Shown here one piece after another: positions 1-14,410 of a DNA stretch of 64,000 bases. A model generated the notes under the pieces. That model searched no databases. It saw only the letters and a program-made list of their open reading frames with translations, and had not been told where the DNA came from. Numbering within the stretch: the first letter of the stretch is position 1; each line of letters opens with the position of its first letter. Origin of the DNA: Rhynchobatus australiae (Eukaryota); contig JAUZTB010000070.1 of assembly GCA_034780895.1 (NCBI GenBank), positions 29,437,291 to 29,501,290 on the forward strand. Reading direction: 5' to 3'. Made by a program: the position numbers and the translations under genes.

Positions 1-2509
1 AAAAATGAATAGATCCTTGGACCCGAGCTTGGAATGGAGAATTTCATAGGGACGTGGAAATGAATGACAAGGAGATTTGGAAGAGGAATTTGGCCGTAAC
101 AATGGGTCTCTTGTTGGACTCTCTTGGCTGTGGATAATTGACTCTTGGTGAGGTCAGGGATGATGGGGTTGCGATCTTAAGGTGCACCAACAGCACTCTG
201 GATGGCATGCAGGTTATAATGGTAGAAATTAGAACCCAGCAGGTTGAATAGTGGAGGAAAGCAGCTGCAGGATGATCAAAGTGTGGCTGCTGCTTTTGGA
301 AAGGAATGATGGAGGCAGCTTTCCCAAGGTGATAAACTAACTTGACAGAGGAGGAAGTTGAGGTCGGCGTCCACAAACTGCAAAGATTAACATTGTTGGG
401 CTAAGCCTGAGGTGGTAACCTGGAGGCAGGTTGAAAGCCAAAAGCATTTAGTACTTAAAAAAAAAACCTAAAGGATTTGTCATTCTGCCAACTTATGCCT
501 CATGTTTTGTGTCGCCCGAGTTATGCAGCAATAGGCGTAACTTTTGGCTAAAGTATTTGTTTAAGCAGCTCTCAAACACTTTTTTTTAAAAGCATCCAAG
601 TGTTGAGACAAAGTCTTCAGTTTTCTGGGCCTTAATATTTATCCAAATCACTTGAACTGTGCCATTAAGTATCCACCTCTGAAGATGTATCTACACACTG
701 CCACATGTAGTGTAGCCAACCCCATGTATAAAGAACTGGAGAAAATAACCCAAGTTTTATTGAGTTATATTCAGGACACCAATGGGGGGAGATTTAGTTT
801 GACAAAAAGGCTCCTCTGCTACATCCAGACCAAGGAATTGGCAAACCTTGGAAATTTTGAAAAGCTGCACCATTTTCTGGAATATAGTCCACAGCTCTCC
901 TGCCTAAACTTTCCAAGACTCAGTTAGCTCTTGCAATTTTAGGCTTAAGATGCATCTTTAGAAACCTTAAGCAGGAAATAATGGTGCATGGAGTTGACCA
1001 TGTAATTAGAGGTGAGTATAAACATATTCTGTTGGGCTGCATTTGTATTTTGGGAGTATCTGAGCCAGATGTCCAACAAATCCAGCCTTGGCTGGCATGA
1101 TGTACTTTGTTCTTGCTGTTGAAACACTTGCATTACAAAAAGCAAAGATCTGATTTTTTTTTTTAACTGTAGACTTGATGCGATGAGACATGTCAAAGAC
1201 GCACTGTCATTTTGCAAATTCTAGAATATGAAAATGCATTCTAATTTGGGAAAGGAGAGCAGTTAGTTTCTCATGGAAAAGTTCCTCAGAGGTACATGTC
1301 CTTGCAATTTTCCACTTGAATTCGCTGTCGTACCATCATACGTGAAGCATAGCTAATGAAAAAATCTCTCTCGACAGCCCTAAACTGCCTTCTGCCCCCA
1401 GAAGCTATTTTGGCTCTGATCTGCACTGACAATCCCCAGTGTTTTGCTATATTTTGATCTTTGCCAGGTATGCTCTAAATGTCTTGCTCCATTATTTTGT
1501 ACTCCTTTTGGGAACCCCCCCCCCTTTTTTTCACAAGTATCTTATTTGTAAACTGCCCCTGAAGTGGCATCTCCATTTGTGCTTTGTGTTATCAATGGAA
1601 AAAAATCAGAACCAGCTTCATCTGTACTGTGATCTGGTTTCTACCGAGAATTTTTTAGTCTCTAGTCACTCCTGACATGTGTCTGCTATCTTTTTCAGGC
1701 CCTGTAGCTTTTCCCTAATGAGCTGCTGCTCTGCTTTGTAACTCCTTTTGAAACCTATTACTGCCGACTGGGAATCTGGCACTTTCCCACTGAGTCAAGC
1801 GGTTTGGGACCAAATGCTCACGTGCTCCATACAAACATCTTCAGGGACTTGCTGACAAGGCTATTTTACTACAGTACATAATTTGGAATAACTAATACTG
1901 TATTTGTTACTGGGTTTTTTTAATGTTTGTTAAAACAAAATGGGCTCCAGGGAGTACAATATATTGCAAATAATGCAAACTGCTTGAAGGGCAAGTAGAA
2001 TCTTTGAAATCACTGCCCTTTATTATGATCACAAGTTGATTATTGTGGTGTACTCGCACTCCAATAGATTTGTAGTTTGCTTCATGATGGCCATGTATAT
2101 AAATACTCCAGCATGCTTGAGCTATAACCATAACCAGCATTAAGTTAATGATGTTGGGTGAGAGGTAGGAGTATGCCAAGTGGATTTGTGTAATCAGGAC
2201 TTAATTGGGTAAAATAATTCCATTTTGAATTTGGAGAAACACCATATACAATAGTTTCTTTTTGTCTTAAGTGGCTCAAATAAAAAGGCAGGCTTGCATT
2301 TAGCAGTGCTGTTTACAAACTCTATATCTCAAAATGCTTTGGAGCTGAGAAAGTATTTTTAGAAGCATAGGAAATGTCATGCACAGCAAGCTTCCATGAA
2401 CAAAAATGTGGTAGTGGTAATGATCTGTTTTGGGATGTTGATGGAAGGAGGAAAATTGGTAGGGCACCTGAGAGAATTTAGTTGCTGTTGAAATAGCATC
2501 TAGAAACCA

Positions 2510-2665
2510 CAGGCATCTCATCTGAAAGAGCCATATCTCAAGTAGTGGAGCACCTCTTCAGTACAGTGCTAGGTTGTCAGCCTGAATGTTTGTGCTCACC
2601 TCCAAGGTGGGATGTGAACCAACAGCCTTCTGTTTTTGAGGCAAGACTGCTGTCAACAAGTCACA
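2510..2665 (-). mobile_element. Degenerate ancient tRNA-headed SINE (Deu-SINE/SacSINE-like); similar remnants near 8500-8640, 18780-18930, 56940-57060
   Basis: The segment tctcatctgaaaga...cacctc..cagtac..gtcagcctg..tgtgctca...tgaacc..cagccttctg resembles the reverse complement of the Deu-SINE 5' half. Confidence 0.5.
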
Positions 2666-4835
2666 AGTAATGGGGGGAAAATGTGGTGTATAATTAAGTA
2701 ATCACTGCCAGTATTTCATTTACAAGGACTACTTTCAAACATTATTCTACATCAGAAACTGAGTGACACCAACTGAGGGGAACTCCAGCCTGAAAACAAT
2801 AATACTGCTTCCTTCATATACTCCGTGGAATTTTAATTGTGACAGCATGACCTTTCTTGCAAAGTATTCTGGCTATGGTTTTTAAATTATTTCAGTACCT
2901 TTTTCAGTGTGCAGTATAACCCATTTTAGAGAGATGGGCTAAGCAGAGGTCTCCAGAAACTGAGTCAAAGGGTATTCAAGCTTAATTGGATGTTTATCTG
3001 CAAGTAAGCAAGGTGTTGAGACTTGACATTGAGNNNNNNNNNNNNNNNNNNNNNNNNNNNNNNNNNNNNNNNNNNNNNNNNNNNNNNNNNNNNNNNNNNN
3101 NNNNNNNNNNNNNNNNNNNNNNNNNNNNNNNNNNNNNNNNNNNNNNNNNNNNNNNNNNNNNNNNNNNNNNNNNNNNNNNNNNNNNNNNNNNNNNNNNNNN
3201 NNNNNNNNNNNNNNNNNNNNNNNNNNNNNNNNNNNNNNNNNNNNNNNNNNNNNNNNNNNNNNNNNNNNNNNNNNNNNNNNNNNNNNNNNNNNNNNNNNNN
3301 NNNNNNNNNNNNNNNNNNNNNNNNNNNNNNNNNNNNNNNNNNNNNNNNNNNNNNNNNNNNNNNNNGTCTTGAAGACTAGCTCTTGATCCAGTGCCAAAGG
3401 GGATCCTGCAATGAGCTTGTACGGATGTGCTCTTGCACTCGGATGTGATACTCTTGCATCCAAATCCTCCTCATTTCTCTACCCCCTCTCTTTCCCTCTC
3501 TCCCACCCCATTTGGTCATCTTCCTCCCCATCCCCCCCCACCCTCCCAAACCCAACCAGCTGATTGGATTTGAGGCAGTGTGAGCTGGAGCTTTGGCTCT
3601 CTGAAGAACCCACAGGATAATTAACAAGAGAAATGTTTTGGTGGCATTGCTGTGGATGTAACACAACTTCAAGGGCAACTTTTTATTTGTAATGGTGTAG
3701 ATGGTTCAGGGTATTGGACCTCTAACACACTGGAGTATCTTTTCTCATGAGTTTAGCTGCGTATTATGATAAGCAACGAACTTGCAGGCAACAATATAAG
3801 ATGTGTGAATGATGTTTGTCATGTCGGATTTGCTGGGAGTAATTCGTGAGCATCCATGTGTGAATTCTCTGTGGATTAGGAAGACTGTATAGTGCCATGT
3901 GGCTGCTTTGCACCTGCTCCCCTTGAGTGATTAATTTGTTATGCCAAGGGGAAGATTTTTTTAAAATATCACTGTCTTAATTTGCATTGTTGAAGGAAAA
4001 TATCTTTTGGGCCTTCATGCACTGGATTTTGTTTATTTCAGCGAGTAATTTCAACCTCTAGGCATTCTGTCAAGTGGAGATGGAGGAAAGAATTGGGGAG
4101 GATACTTTGCTGGTATATCTCTCCTATGGATTGGCGTCTTGATTGAAAAGCAGATGAACAGTTAACAGCTCGTGCACAGCCAAAAAAAAGTTGTATGGTT
4201 TGTGACAATGTAAATTGTAGTTTTTCAACTTAGTTTTCAATTTAATTAACTTTCACTGATCGCCTGGATTGTAATCTGTCAGTTTCTCAAAACATCAGTC
4301 TTGTATATTCTTTTGTTCTCCAAACTCAACTCCTTTTCCCTTCTCCAACTTCCTCCTCTTGCAAATTGGAACCCATCTAAAACTCTGCCTTTTCTAACTT
4401 GCACTCTTTGCATCATCTGTTTGCAGTCACTCAAACTTTCCTTCATTAATCATTCAGTGTTTGCCTGACCTCTTGTGGCTACTTCAACTTGTAAATCTCT
4501 GTGAGCTTTGTCCTCCAAGCTTCTGACATCTGATTTCCTTTGCCCCCAGAATGGTTGCTGTTCTTGTGTACTTGAAGTTTGAATTCCCTATCAAACTCTT
4601 CGGTTCTCCCAGTGGTGTACTACTTTGCTCTACGTCTTTCCTCCCTTTTGAGATGCTGCTTAAAACTACGTCTGTGACCAAGATTTGCCCATTCTTTCTA
4701 ATATTTTTATCATACTTTCTCTAAAACTATTGCAAAGCATCTGTACATATATGTAGTAACACCCTCAATGTAGGAATGCAGGTAGTTTATTGTAGGAAAA
4801 ACATTGCCAGGTGGGAAAGAAATTTTTAACTATGC

Positions 4836-5350
4836 ATCATAGAGCATCCTGTCTGGATGCATCACGGCCTGGTACAGCAACTGTGCTGCCTAAGACTGCA
4901 AGAAGCTGCAGAGAGTTATGGACATAGCTCAGCACATCACGGAAACCAGCCTCCCCTCCATGGATTCCGTCTATACTTCCCACTGTCTCGGTAAAGCAGC
5001 CGACATAATCAGACCCCACCCACCCCAGACATTCTCTCTTCTCCCCTCTTCCATCGGGCAGAAGGTACCAAAGCCTGAAAGCACGTACCACCAGGCTCAG
5101 ACCGGTTCTATCCCACTGTTATAAAACTATTGAACGGTTCCCTAGTACGATAAGCGGGACTCTTGACCTCAGTCTACCTTGTTATGACCTTGCACCTTAT
5201 TGTCTGCCTGTACTTTCTCTGTAACTGTAAGATGTTGTATTGTTATTGCTTTACCCTGTATGACCTCAGTGCACTGTAACGAAATAATCTGTATGAATGG
5301 TATGCAAGACACATTTTTCACTGTACCTTGGTATATGTGACAATAATAAT
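4836..5350 (+). mobile_element. Rex1/Babar-like LINE, 5'-truncated 3' end
   Basis: Translates as SILSGCITAWYSNC..KKLQRVMDIAQHITETSLPSMDSVYTSHCLGKA (RT C-terminus), followed by a 3' UTR ending tgtgacaataataat. Confidence 0.8.
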
Positions 5351-5359
5351 TGTGCCTGG

Positions 5360-5530
5360 GTGGCAGTAGAGGGTGATACAATAGGGATATTCTAATAGAC
5401 TTGAATAGGCACATGGATGTAAGGAAAATGCAGGGTTATGGGCTGTGTAGGAGGGAAGGGTTAGATTGATCATGGAGGACGTTTAGATAGGTTGGCACAA
5501 CATTGTGTATTGTGCTGTACTGTTCTAATG
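5360..5530 (+). mobile_element. CR1 LINE 3' terminus
   Basis: gtagagggtgatacaatagg..ataggcacatggatg..ggttatggg..ggcacaacattgtg..gtgctgtactgttcta. Confidence 0.7.
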
Positions 5531-5984
5531 AACCAATTCCAATTCACCTAGAAGATTCATAGTTGTAATAAAAGTTGAAAACATAAGAAATGGATCTTTT
5601 GAGTTTGGAAAAACTAAGTTCACTTGTTACATAAGTGACAGATTTGACATGTTGACAGATGTTACTTATTGAAGCTGCTATAATATTTTCAAATGATGAA
5701 TTTATTTNNNNNNNNNNNNNNNNNNNNNNNNNNNNNNNNNNNNNNNNNNNNNNNNNNNNNNNNNNNNNNNNNNNNNNNNNNNNNNNNNNNNNNNNNNNNN
5801 NNNNNNNNNNNNNNNNNNNNNNNNNNNNNNNNNNNNNNNNNNNNNNNNNNNNNNNNNNNNNNNNNNNNNNNNNNNNNNNNNNNNNNNNNNNNNNNNNNNN
5901 NNNNNNNNNNNNNNNNNNNNNNNNNNNNNNNNNNNNNNNNNNNNNNNNNNNNNNNNNNNNNNNNNNNTTGAGCTCCTATCCTCA

Positions 5985-6034
5985 AAGTAACATTTAGTGA
6001 AATTATCACAAGTAACATTTATTGAAATTATCAC
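5985..6034. repeat. 25-bp tandem duplication (aagtaacatttaKtgaaattatcac x2)
   Basis: Two adjacent copies with one mismatch. Confidence 0.85.
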
Positions 6035-7153
6035 CAACCTTGTGGTAGTGGTGGCATTTACTAAAAATCCCACCTAGAGGAGGGGAAGCCTTTCTTCAGT
6101 CTCCTGATACAGGCAACCTCACACCAAGATAAGGTTGAGGCCCCTCTCTAAGGATGTAACCTCTATCCCTCATTGTATTCACTTTATTCCTGAAAGCAAG
6201 CATGTGCTCTGGTTACGATCCTTGACTATATAATCAAAGAGCTCTACAAATCTTGCAGGTGTTCTTGTCTTTCAAACAATAGCTCAGAAGTATCCAACAA
6301 TGGAGATTTCTGCATGTGTCATTTACTGAGAACATTAGCAGTTTTCTACATTGGTGCTTGTTTCATGATATACAGTGTGTAATACCAAGTTGAACTCTGG
6401 CAATGAAAGTCATTTACTAAGTAAATACAAGTTTGGATATCTGGGAGTTTAATTATTTGTCGGGAATTTTGCGGGTGAAGTTGCCTGTCACTGTTCATGG
6501 TGCTGCAGTTTTTGTACAGAATGGTGATCAACCCTAAATTGGTTCCATTGCTTTCACTTCCACTCACCTCATCTCACTTATTTTTCTCCCGTCAGTTTTT
6601 CATTACTTTATCCCCAACCCTAACTTCTAAATCCCTCGGCCAGGTTTTCTCATTGGAGTTGTACAGCCCAGAAACAGGCCATTTGGCCCATCGCATCCAT
6701 ACTGACCAATAGGCACCCATCCACATTAACCCCATCTTCCAGCATTTGGTCCACATCGCAGTAGGACACCAGAATGAGGGTTCAGGCAACAAAAGCACAG
6801 ATNNNNNNNNNNNNNNNNNNNNNNNNNNNNNNNNNNNNNNNNNNNNNNNNNNNNNNNNNNNNNNNNNNNNNNNNNNNNNNNNNNNNNNNNNNNNNNNNNN
6901 NNNNNNNNNNNNNNNNNNNNNNNNNNNNNNNNNNNNNNNNNNNNNNNNNNNNNNNNNNNNNNNNNNNNNNNNNNNNNNNNNNNNNNNNNNNNNNNNNNNN
7001 NNNNNNNNNNNNNNNNNNNNNNNNNNNNNNNNNNNNNNNNNNNNNNNNNNNNNNNNNNNNNNNNNNNNNNNNNNNNNNNNNNNNNNNNNNNNNNNNNNNN
7101 NNNNNNNNNNNNNNNNNNNNNNNNNNNNNNNNNNNNNNNNNNNNNNNNNNNNN

Positions 7154-7290
7154 NCCTAACCTGTACGTCTTTGGAATGTGGGAGGAAACCCATGCAGACA
7201 TGGGGAGAACGTACAAACTCCTTACAGACAGCAACAGAATTGAACCTGGGTCGCTGGCACTGTAATAGTGTTACGCTTACTGCTAACTAC
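7154..7290 (-). mobile_element. V-SINE (HE1-like tRNA-derived SINE), partial, abutting a gap
   Basis: The reverse strand has B-box ggttcaattc and V-domain ggagtttgtacgttctcccc...gggtttcctcccacattccaaagacg. Confidence 0.8.
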
Positions 7291-7499
7291 AGTGCGTAAC
7301 ACCACTTGGAAAATGAATAGATCGATTTGTCTTTTTTGTAGTGATTATATTTATAATTAAAAATAAACCATAGCTTTCAACATTTGCATAAAATCGTAGT
7401 TATTTACCTCTTTAAGCTTGGTTTTGGAGTCCCTTTTGCAAATTCCTCACACTTCATAATCCAACCTACTTCAGTATTGGCAAAATTCAAAGCTTTGCA

Positions 7500-7880
7500 T
7501 TTCTGCTACTATATATATCATAAGTAGCTGAGACCAGGCACCAATTCCCTGCAATACCTGCCTACTTATCACCTGCTATCCTGATAAAGGTCCATTTTTA
7601 TGAACTGCTTCCTGATAGACATTACCCCTACTGCTGATTTGCTTTAGTAATTTGATGGAGTTTCACAAAAGATTAATCTTTTGGGGCATCAAAAGCTTTC
7701 TGAAAATCCAAGTATGCCACACCTGTTTCCTCCTCTTTTACCAGTAACATCCTCAAAGACGCCACTGGGCTTGTCAAACACTTTCCCTTTCATCATCCCA
7801 TGTTGACTTTGTCTAATCCAACTGATATTTTCTAACTGCCATGTTAGTTCATCCTGTATAATACCCCGTAGCATTCTCCT
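7500..7880 (-). mobile_element. CR1 LINE RT fragment, degenerate
   Basis: Minus-strand IRQSQHGMMKGK...FEDVT matches CR1 RT SQHGFxKGKSCLTNLLEFFEDVT. Confidence 0.7.
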
Positions 7881-10119
7881 GCTGCACTATTACCTGAGCT
7901 TCATTTGTTTTAATGTTTAACTAATGAACAAACCAGAAGTTTAATGGAGCTTCTCTGCTGTGCCATGAAAAGGGATTTGCCATTGCTTCATTTTCATTCT
8001 CTTCTGTCTCTTTGATTTATTTTGAGGTATTCTCTTGTGTGACCTACTGTGATAATGAGGGAAAGAAACCTATGCACCTACTTGCACAGAATTTGACAAG
8101 CTTGCCAGAAATACTTTTAACTGCAGCTTTGTGATGAAAATATTACATATTTAAGAATAACAACTAGAAATGTTTCTTCAGTGGATTTGTAGGAAAATTT
8201 TGTAAAACATTTGCTGCCTAGCAGCAGTTTGAGTGCCATATCTTTACACACTGCTCATTAAGTGTGGTTGCTTTTACTGGGAACTCGCACTGGAAGCTGT
8301 TTTTGCTGAGATGACTACCTTAAATTTGTCCCAGATTTAATGTAAAATATGTGTAATTTAGAATGTTTTGTACCTTTTACAATGTTTTACTTTTGCTGAA
8401 AAATACAAGGTACCACAGAAGTTTGTACTTAAGATGGTCGTGTTGGCTTTAGTAAATATAGTGGAGAGAAGATGCATCTGCCCTACAGAGCAGATGAGGC
8501 CTCGGGATGCAGTCCCATCTAAAAGACCAGTGCAGCATCCTCAACGCTGCCCTGGAGTGGTCGCCTGGACCAGGTGCTCACAGTGTGACCCACGAGGCTC
8601 TGATTCCAAGGTGAGGACACTTGCTAGGAAAAGGACACAAAAGTTGGGAATAAGTGTTGCTTTTTGACGTTGGTGGATTGTAACTAGCAGTGTGCCTTCA
8701 GCTGATCCCAGTTAGTGCTTTGGGTAAAAGGGCATGGCATATTGTATAGAAGAGTGGGAATAGGTGAGGAAGATACAGCAACTGACAAGGGACATGGTAG
8801 AAATTTGCAGGGGCTGTATGCTGTGGGGGAAAATGAAGGTTCTACCCTTCAGTCGGCAGGGTAGAAAACTAGTTTTAAATGGTGCACGATTCCTGCATTG
8901 TCCTACCTCCCAGAAAGCACTAACGAAACATGCAGTTGACTGTGTAAAAGCTATGTTTACAAGCAACACTGCAATTCGATCTTTGTCACTTTGAATGCAG
9001 TCAAAAGCATACCAAAATAGATGTGTGTTGGAATGAGCTTAAGTGAAACTAATCATAGTAAAATGGTGCTTTGTACAGACTATACCAGGTTACAAATGGT
9101 TCAGTTTTATAGGTGCAAGTTGATTTTTGTCCATTAATCAGAAAACGTACAAAATCACTTGATCTAGTAATCATACCACCTTGGTATTATAATAAATGGT
9201 GTTGATGAGAGCCAATCAACATGAACAATTCACTTTTTCCCCCACCTCATTATAAATGGTACAGAATCAGGATGCCCCATTTTCAATGGCTGGTTTCAGT
9301 GGGCTTAACATATCAGTAGCTGTTACATTAATAGAGTATCATGCACAAGTATCTATAGAAGAGATGGCTTGTCAATTTCCAAAGCAGCTCTCTTAAGTGG
9401 TCTCCTGTGGTGAAACTGGCAGCCTGTGTCTTTAAGAGACAATGGTGTCTGATTATTGCAGTTTGGAAACGGGTTTTTCTTTTCAAGACAGCTCTTTGAA
9501 TTTATGGGAGCTTATTTGTATGTGCAGGGTGCCCATAAGTTGAGTGTTTGTAACCTAGGGAGGACCCCTGTATATGTAATGGAAAAGTTTTGTAATCCTT
9601 TAAACTAGACCATGGTTTTTCCTCATGACTTTATCTGACACACAATGGTGAATGCACCTGAGAGNNNNNNNNNNNNNNNNNNNNNNNNNNNNNNNNNNNN
9701 NNNNNNNNNNNNNNNNNNNNNNNNAGTGGTGAAACTGCTCTGTTGCAGATACCACTTGATGTGTACCTGCTTGCCACTGGAGAAATGTGACTGGTGTAAT
9801 AGATGGGTCATGCAGTGGAAATTGGATTTTTTTTGAAACCCTTAAGTTTTTGTATCAGTGAATTAATAGTGGAGGTTAGATGTCACATACAGGAGATAAA
9901 AATGTGCCAGTATTTATAATTGCTTTTAAAATGAGCTCAGAATTAGGAAATGAAGCAGGACCACAATGGAGACTATGAAGAAAATTCTGTAGCCTGATGA
10001 CAGCAGGTTGTCGTGTAACCAAGCAGCAATACCATTCTGTTTGGCAAGAACCTTGTTCATATCAACATCTATCCATATCCCTGCCATGTTGGGGAGGTTC
10101 CTGAAATAAAGGCAATGCT

Positions 10120-10660
10120 GATGCATTGGTTTAAGTTCTCAGGCTACTAACCCAGGGGTCTGGACAAATTAATGGTCCGGAGAAGAGAGTTTGAGTCCTA
10201 TCACAGCAGCTGTGGGGTTTAAATTCTGTTACCAATCTGATGCTTTTTTTTAAAAAAAAGCTAGATTTTATAATGATGACCAAGCTGCTGGAGTATTGTT
10301 AAAAATTCTTCTGGTTCACTGATTTCCTTCAGGGGATGAAGACTGCTATCCATTCCTGCTCTGGGCTGTACATGACTCCATACTCATGGTCTTGTGGCTG
10401 ACTTCTAATTCTCTTCTGATGGGAGGTGCTGGGCCACTTCAGTTGCTGCTTAATTTCTGTGTTAGAACACACACAAGAAAGCTGACGAACCCCCTAGCTT
10501 GAGATTAGTGCATGGCACCGTCCCTCCCTGTCCAATCAACCTTGCTTATCCCTCCTTTCAAATATCTGGGGACTGATCTCCAGATTGGGGGAGAGGTCCC
10601 ACAGACTAGTCGAGCAGTGCCAGCCTTCCTAGTGATGTCCACGTCCCGAAAAATGAATTC
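10120..10660 (+). mobile_element. Degenerate elasmobranch SINE-like repeat; related pieces near 15095-15230 and 17265-17325
   Basis: B-box-like gtttgagtcc, body tctggttcactgatttccttcagggga..., tail gatgtccacgtccc..aatgaat. Confidence 0.45.
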
Positions 10661-11909
10661 AAAACACATCTAAACACCAACTTGAAGCAGTGTGAGTGGT
10701 GAGCCCTTCTACCCCAGCTGTGTGCGCCTTTGTAAGCAGGACAACGAGGTGGAGTTGAGCTGTTTCCTGCAAACCCAGAAAACTGCTTGGCGGGAGGGTG
10801 CTAATGATGCCCAAAGGATGAAAGACGATCAGGCTCTGCACAATCTGTCCCATGGCAAGCAAGCTTGCCTGATGGACACAGTCTCCCTTGTGAATGACAG
10901 GATCTTGCCATAACCAAGCAAAATATTGAGGATGGTATAGAGTTTAGAAGTAAAACAGATAACAGCAATATAACCAGTATTCAAATAATTTTGATATTCA
11001 GACCAATAATTTACAGGTACAAATTACAGTAAAACTCCAATAATCTGCTATCCAGTTTGAAAATCTGGATCACTGGATAATGCTGTGCTTGGCTGGAGAT
11101 ACCATTTCCCCACTCTTCCCACTTGTCTGGTTCACTGCATCTAACCTCGGGTGGTGGGAACTGAATTAAAAGTAAGGTATTAATAGAAATAACATCCAAT
11201 AGTCTGGAAGATCTGTTAGTCCAGTGCTACCAAAGCCCTGGGCCTACTAGATTATTAGTTTTACTGTAATTGATNNNNNNNNNNNNNNNNNNNNNNNNNN
11301 NNNNNNNNNNNNNNNNNNNNNNNNNNNNNNNNNNNNNNNNNNNNNNNNNNNNNNNNNNNNNNNNNNNNNNNNNNNNNNNNNNNNNNNNNNNNNNNNNNNN
11401 NNNNNNNNNNNNNNNNNNNNNNNNNNNNNNNNNNNNNNNNNNNNNNNNNNNNNNNNNNNNNNNNNNNNNNNNNNNNNNNNNNNNNNNNNNNNNNNNNNNN
11501 NNNNNNNNNNGCTTTGAAGTAGAATGCACTAGTCAGTGATGGTGCTGCGTAACTTTGGGGGAACGGGGTAATTTGTAAAAGTTAATGTGGCAATAGACAG
11601 CTTTGAATTTATAGACTTTTTTTTGCCATTACTAATTTTAGTAACAGCTTAATATGGAAATAGGTGCTTTTGCCCAAGAGTGCTTTTAGCAACAAACAAT
11701 CTAATTTTGCCTCTAATAATTTGGGGTGGAAAACAGACTTCACTGATTCAAAGAGAAAGCCCCAGCATACATGCAGCCAGTCAAATATTATAGATTTAAA
11801 ACTGATTTCTATTTGCCTTGTTCTTTAAAAGATTTAATGGCATTTTGTGTCAAGCTAATGCATTGATGAACAGAAAGACCTTGGCTCCCAGAAATTGGTG
11901 GATAGGGTA

Positions 11910-12500
11910 ATAACTTGCCTTCATACTCGGGAGTTGAGTACAAGTTGGAACTTGCATGTGATGACTTGCAGCTGTACAGGACATTTGTTAGGCCACACTT
12001 GGAACTCTGTGTGCCATTCTGGTCGCCGCACTACAGGAAGGATGTGGTAGCCCTCGGAGTGCAGAAGAGGAGCTCTGAAGCAGGATATTCCCTGAAACAG
12101 AGGGCCTTGGTTATAAAGAGTGAATAAACTGGATTGTTCTCTGGAATTCGGGAGACTGAGGGGTGCCCTTAAAGAAGTTTTTGAAATTATGAAGGGCAAA
12201 GATAGGATGGCCTTTCTGCAAGGGGAGGGGAGTCTGAAACTAGAGGATATAGATTTAAGTTGGGGGCGTATGCGGTGAGATCTGAGTTGCAGGTTTTACC
12301 ACACAGGGTGATGGGTTATGGAATAAATCGCCAGAGGCGGGTACAGTCGTACCATTTTAAAGACATTTGTACAGGTACGTGGATGGAAATGGAATAGAGG
12401 GATATGGGCCAAACACAGGAAAACGGGATTAGCATGGATGGGCATCTCAGTGGGTGAGTTGGGCTGAAAGCCTTGTTTCTGTGCTGTACCTCTCCATTCT
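11910..12500 (+). mobile_element. CR1 LINE 3' end (RT C-terminus plus 3' UTR)
   Basis: LQLYRTFVRPHLELCVPFWSPHYRKDV is the CR1 hallmark. The 3' UTR ends gggctgaaagccttgtttctgtgctgtacctctc. Confidence 0.88.
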
Positions 12501-13974
12501 GACACCAGTGTCCATTTTTGAGGTCATTGAAGTGGAAGGGAATAAGCATGGTTGAAACATCATTAACATGAGAAATGAAAAAGATTTGGCATCGCATATT
12601 ATAGATTTATCAAACCCTACCTTCGACCATTTCATGCTGGCTTGAGCCAGAAAGAAAATTGCCAGGAGTTGGGGACCTTCCTGGATCCAAATTCCTGAAT
12701 TTGGCTGTAGGTCCTTGGATGCCAAGCTGGTGCATGTTGAGGTCCTGAATCTTCCTGATCAGTGAGACCAAACCCAGCAGTGGATTTGCCTGCAGACGTC
12801 AGGGGAATTGTGTCTGGACTAACGTACGTGCTTTGTAGTTGCCGGATTATGTTTGCTTTCAAGTGTTGGCAGTTTAGCACAAGCTCAAAGTTCTGCTGAG
12901 TCATTGATATTATGCCAAGAATGGAGAAATTAATCATACCTCTTATTTTTCCACACCAACTGCACCTGCTCTTTGTGTGACACCCAATTCGTGCCTTTGA
13001 CACTTTCCTACCTAGGAATATGCTCACCTTTTTGTTTACATTTTATTCATGAATTTTTATTATACAAGTTTGCTCATTTAAAAAAAACAAAGATTTTTGA
13101 TCAAAATGGGCTGAAAAGGAGATTTTTATTTTCTTTAGATTGTTAATTAAGTAGTTAAAAAGATTACTCTGATAATGGTTACATGGGTCACCAAGAATAA
13201 AGTTCAGGTTTAAAGAAAAGATCTTCAGATCGCAAAATAACAAGACATCTAATGGATGTAGTATTTTAGATCTAATTAGTAGAACAAATCCAAAGTGAAC
13301 AATCTAGGTTGAGTGTCTCTCTTCCCTTTTGATACTTCAACCTTGTCATCTGGACTCTGCTGTTCTAATTATCTCATCTCTTTTCCACCGTTGACTTTGT
13401 TTCATCCATATTTCTGTTCCCTTTTATTCTTTCCTGTGCTGCCCTCCCCCAACTCCCCAGTTGTCAGAATTGACTCAGGTGGATTTGCATCAGACTTGTG
13501 ATGTGCCACATCTTGCTGTATGTTGCCCAGGATTATCTGACCACTCAGTGATAGCAGTTCTGTCCCTGGAGGAAAATGTTTGCAGAACAATGGACTAAAG
13601 AGGCAAGTAGGCTTAGAAATTATAGTGTGAGCATATAGTTGTTCCAAATGGTCGTTGCATGTCACGTACACAACTGTCCTGTTATGGATGTGCCATTTTA
13701 GCAGTTGGAATAAGCTTGGGGGGGGTTGTGGGGTGCAGGGTTTGGGTACAGCTCAAGATCAGGACTAAAGAAATGCACCTGAAGATCAGGGGAATCTAAG
13801 GTTGGGGGGGGNNNNNNNNNNNTGATAAAGTCATGTTCTATACTTTGGAAAGAACTAATTTTGAAAATCAGAAAATGCTCTGCCTTCATGCATGACCTTT
13901 CTGGAATATTTAGAGTAATATTTTTGGTTGAAAATGTTGAAATCCAAGCAAGCCACCAGAATTCCCAATTTAAG

Positions 13975-14410
13975 TGTTGGTATTGGTTTATTATTGTTAC
14001 ATTGTATTGAGGTACAGTGAAAAGCTTTTATCTTGCATGCCATCCAGAGCGATCATTGCCATAATAAATCGAGGTAGTAAAAAGAAAACAATGCAAAATA
14101 TAAGTGTTACGGTTAGAGAAAATGCAGTGCAGGTAGAAAGTGCAAGGATCACAATGAGGCAGATTGGCATTAACGATCCAGCATCATTGTATTTTTTTCC
14201 ATTTCTATCACTGATGCTGCCTGGCCTGCTGAGTTCCTCCCAGCATCATTGTATTTTTCATCTAGATTCCAACATCTGCAGTCCTTTGTTTCTCAAGGCA
14301 GATTAGAAGATCAAGTGTTCATCCTCTAACCTATTAGAGGTCCTTTCAAGAGTCTGATAATGGCAGGATTGAAGCTGACCTTGAGTTTGGTGGTTTGTGC
14401 TCTTAGGTTT
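13975..14410 (-). mobile_element. Rex1/Babar 3' tail interrupted by a Penelope-derived element (14166-14295)
   Basis: Tail ggtttattattgttacat..gaggtacagtgaaaagcttt. The nested insert is flanked by direct repeat aggcagatt (14157-14165 and 14296-14304). Confidence 0.75.

Noticed and set aside
3366-3380. gtcttgaagac after a gap resembles the start of TCF3 exon 4 (GLED)
   Set aside because: It is followed immediately by TAG and shows no further similarity.
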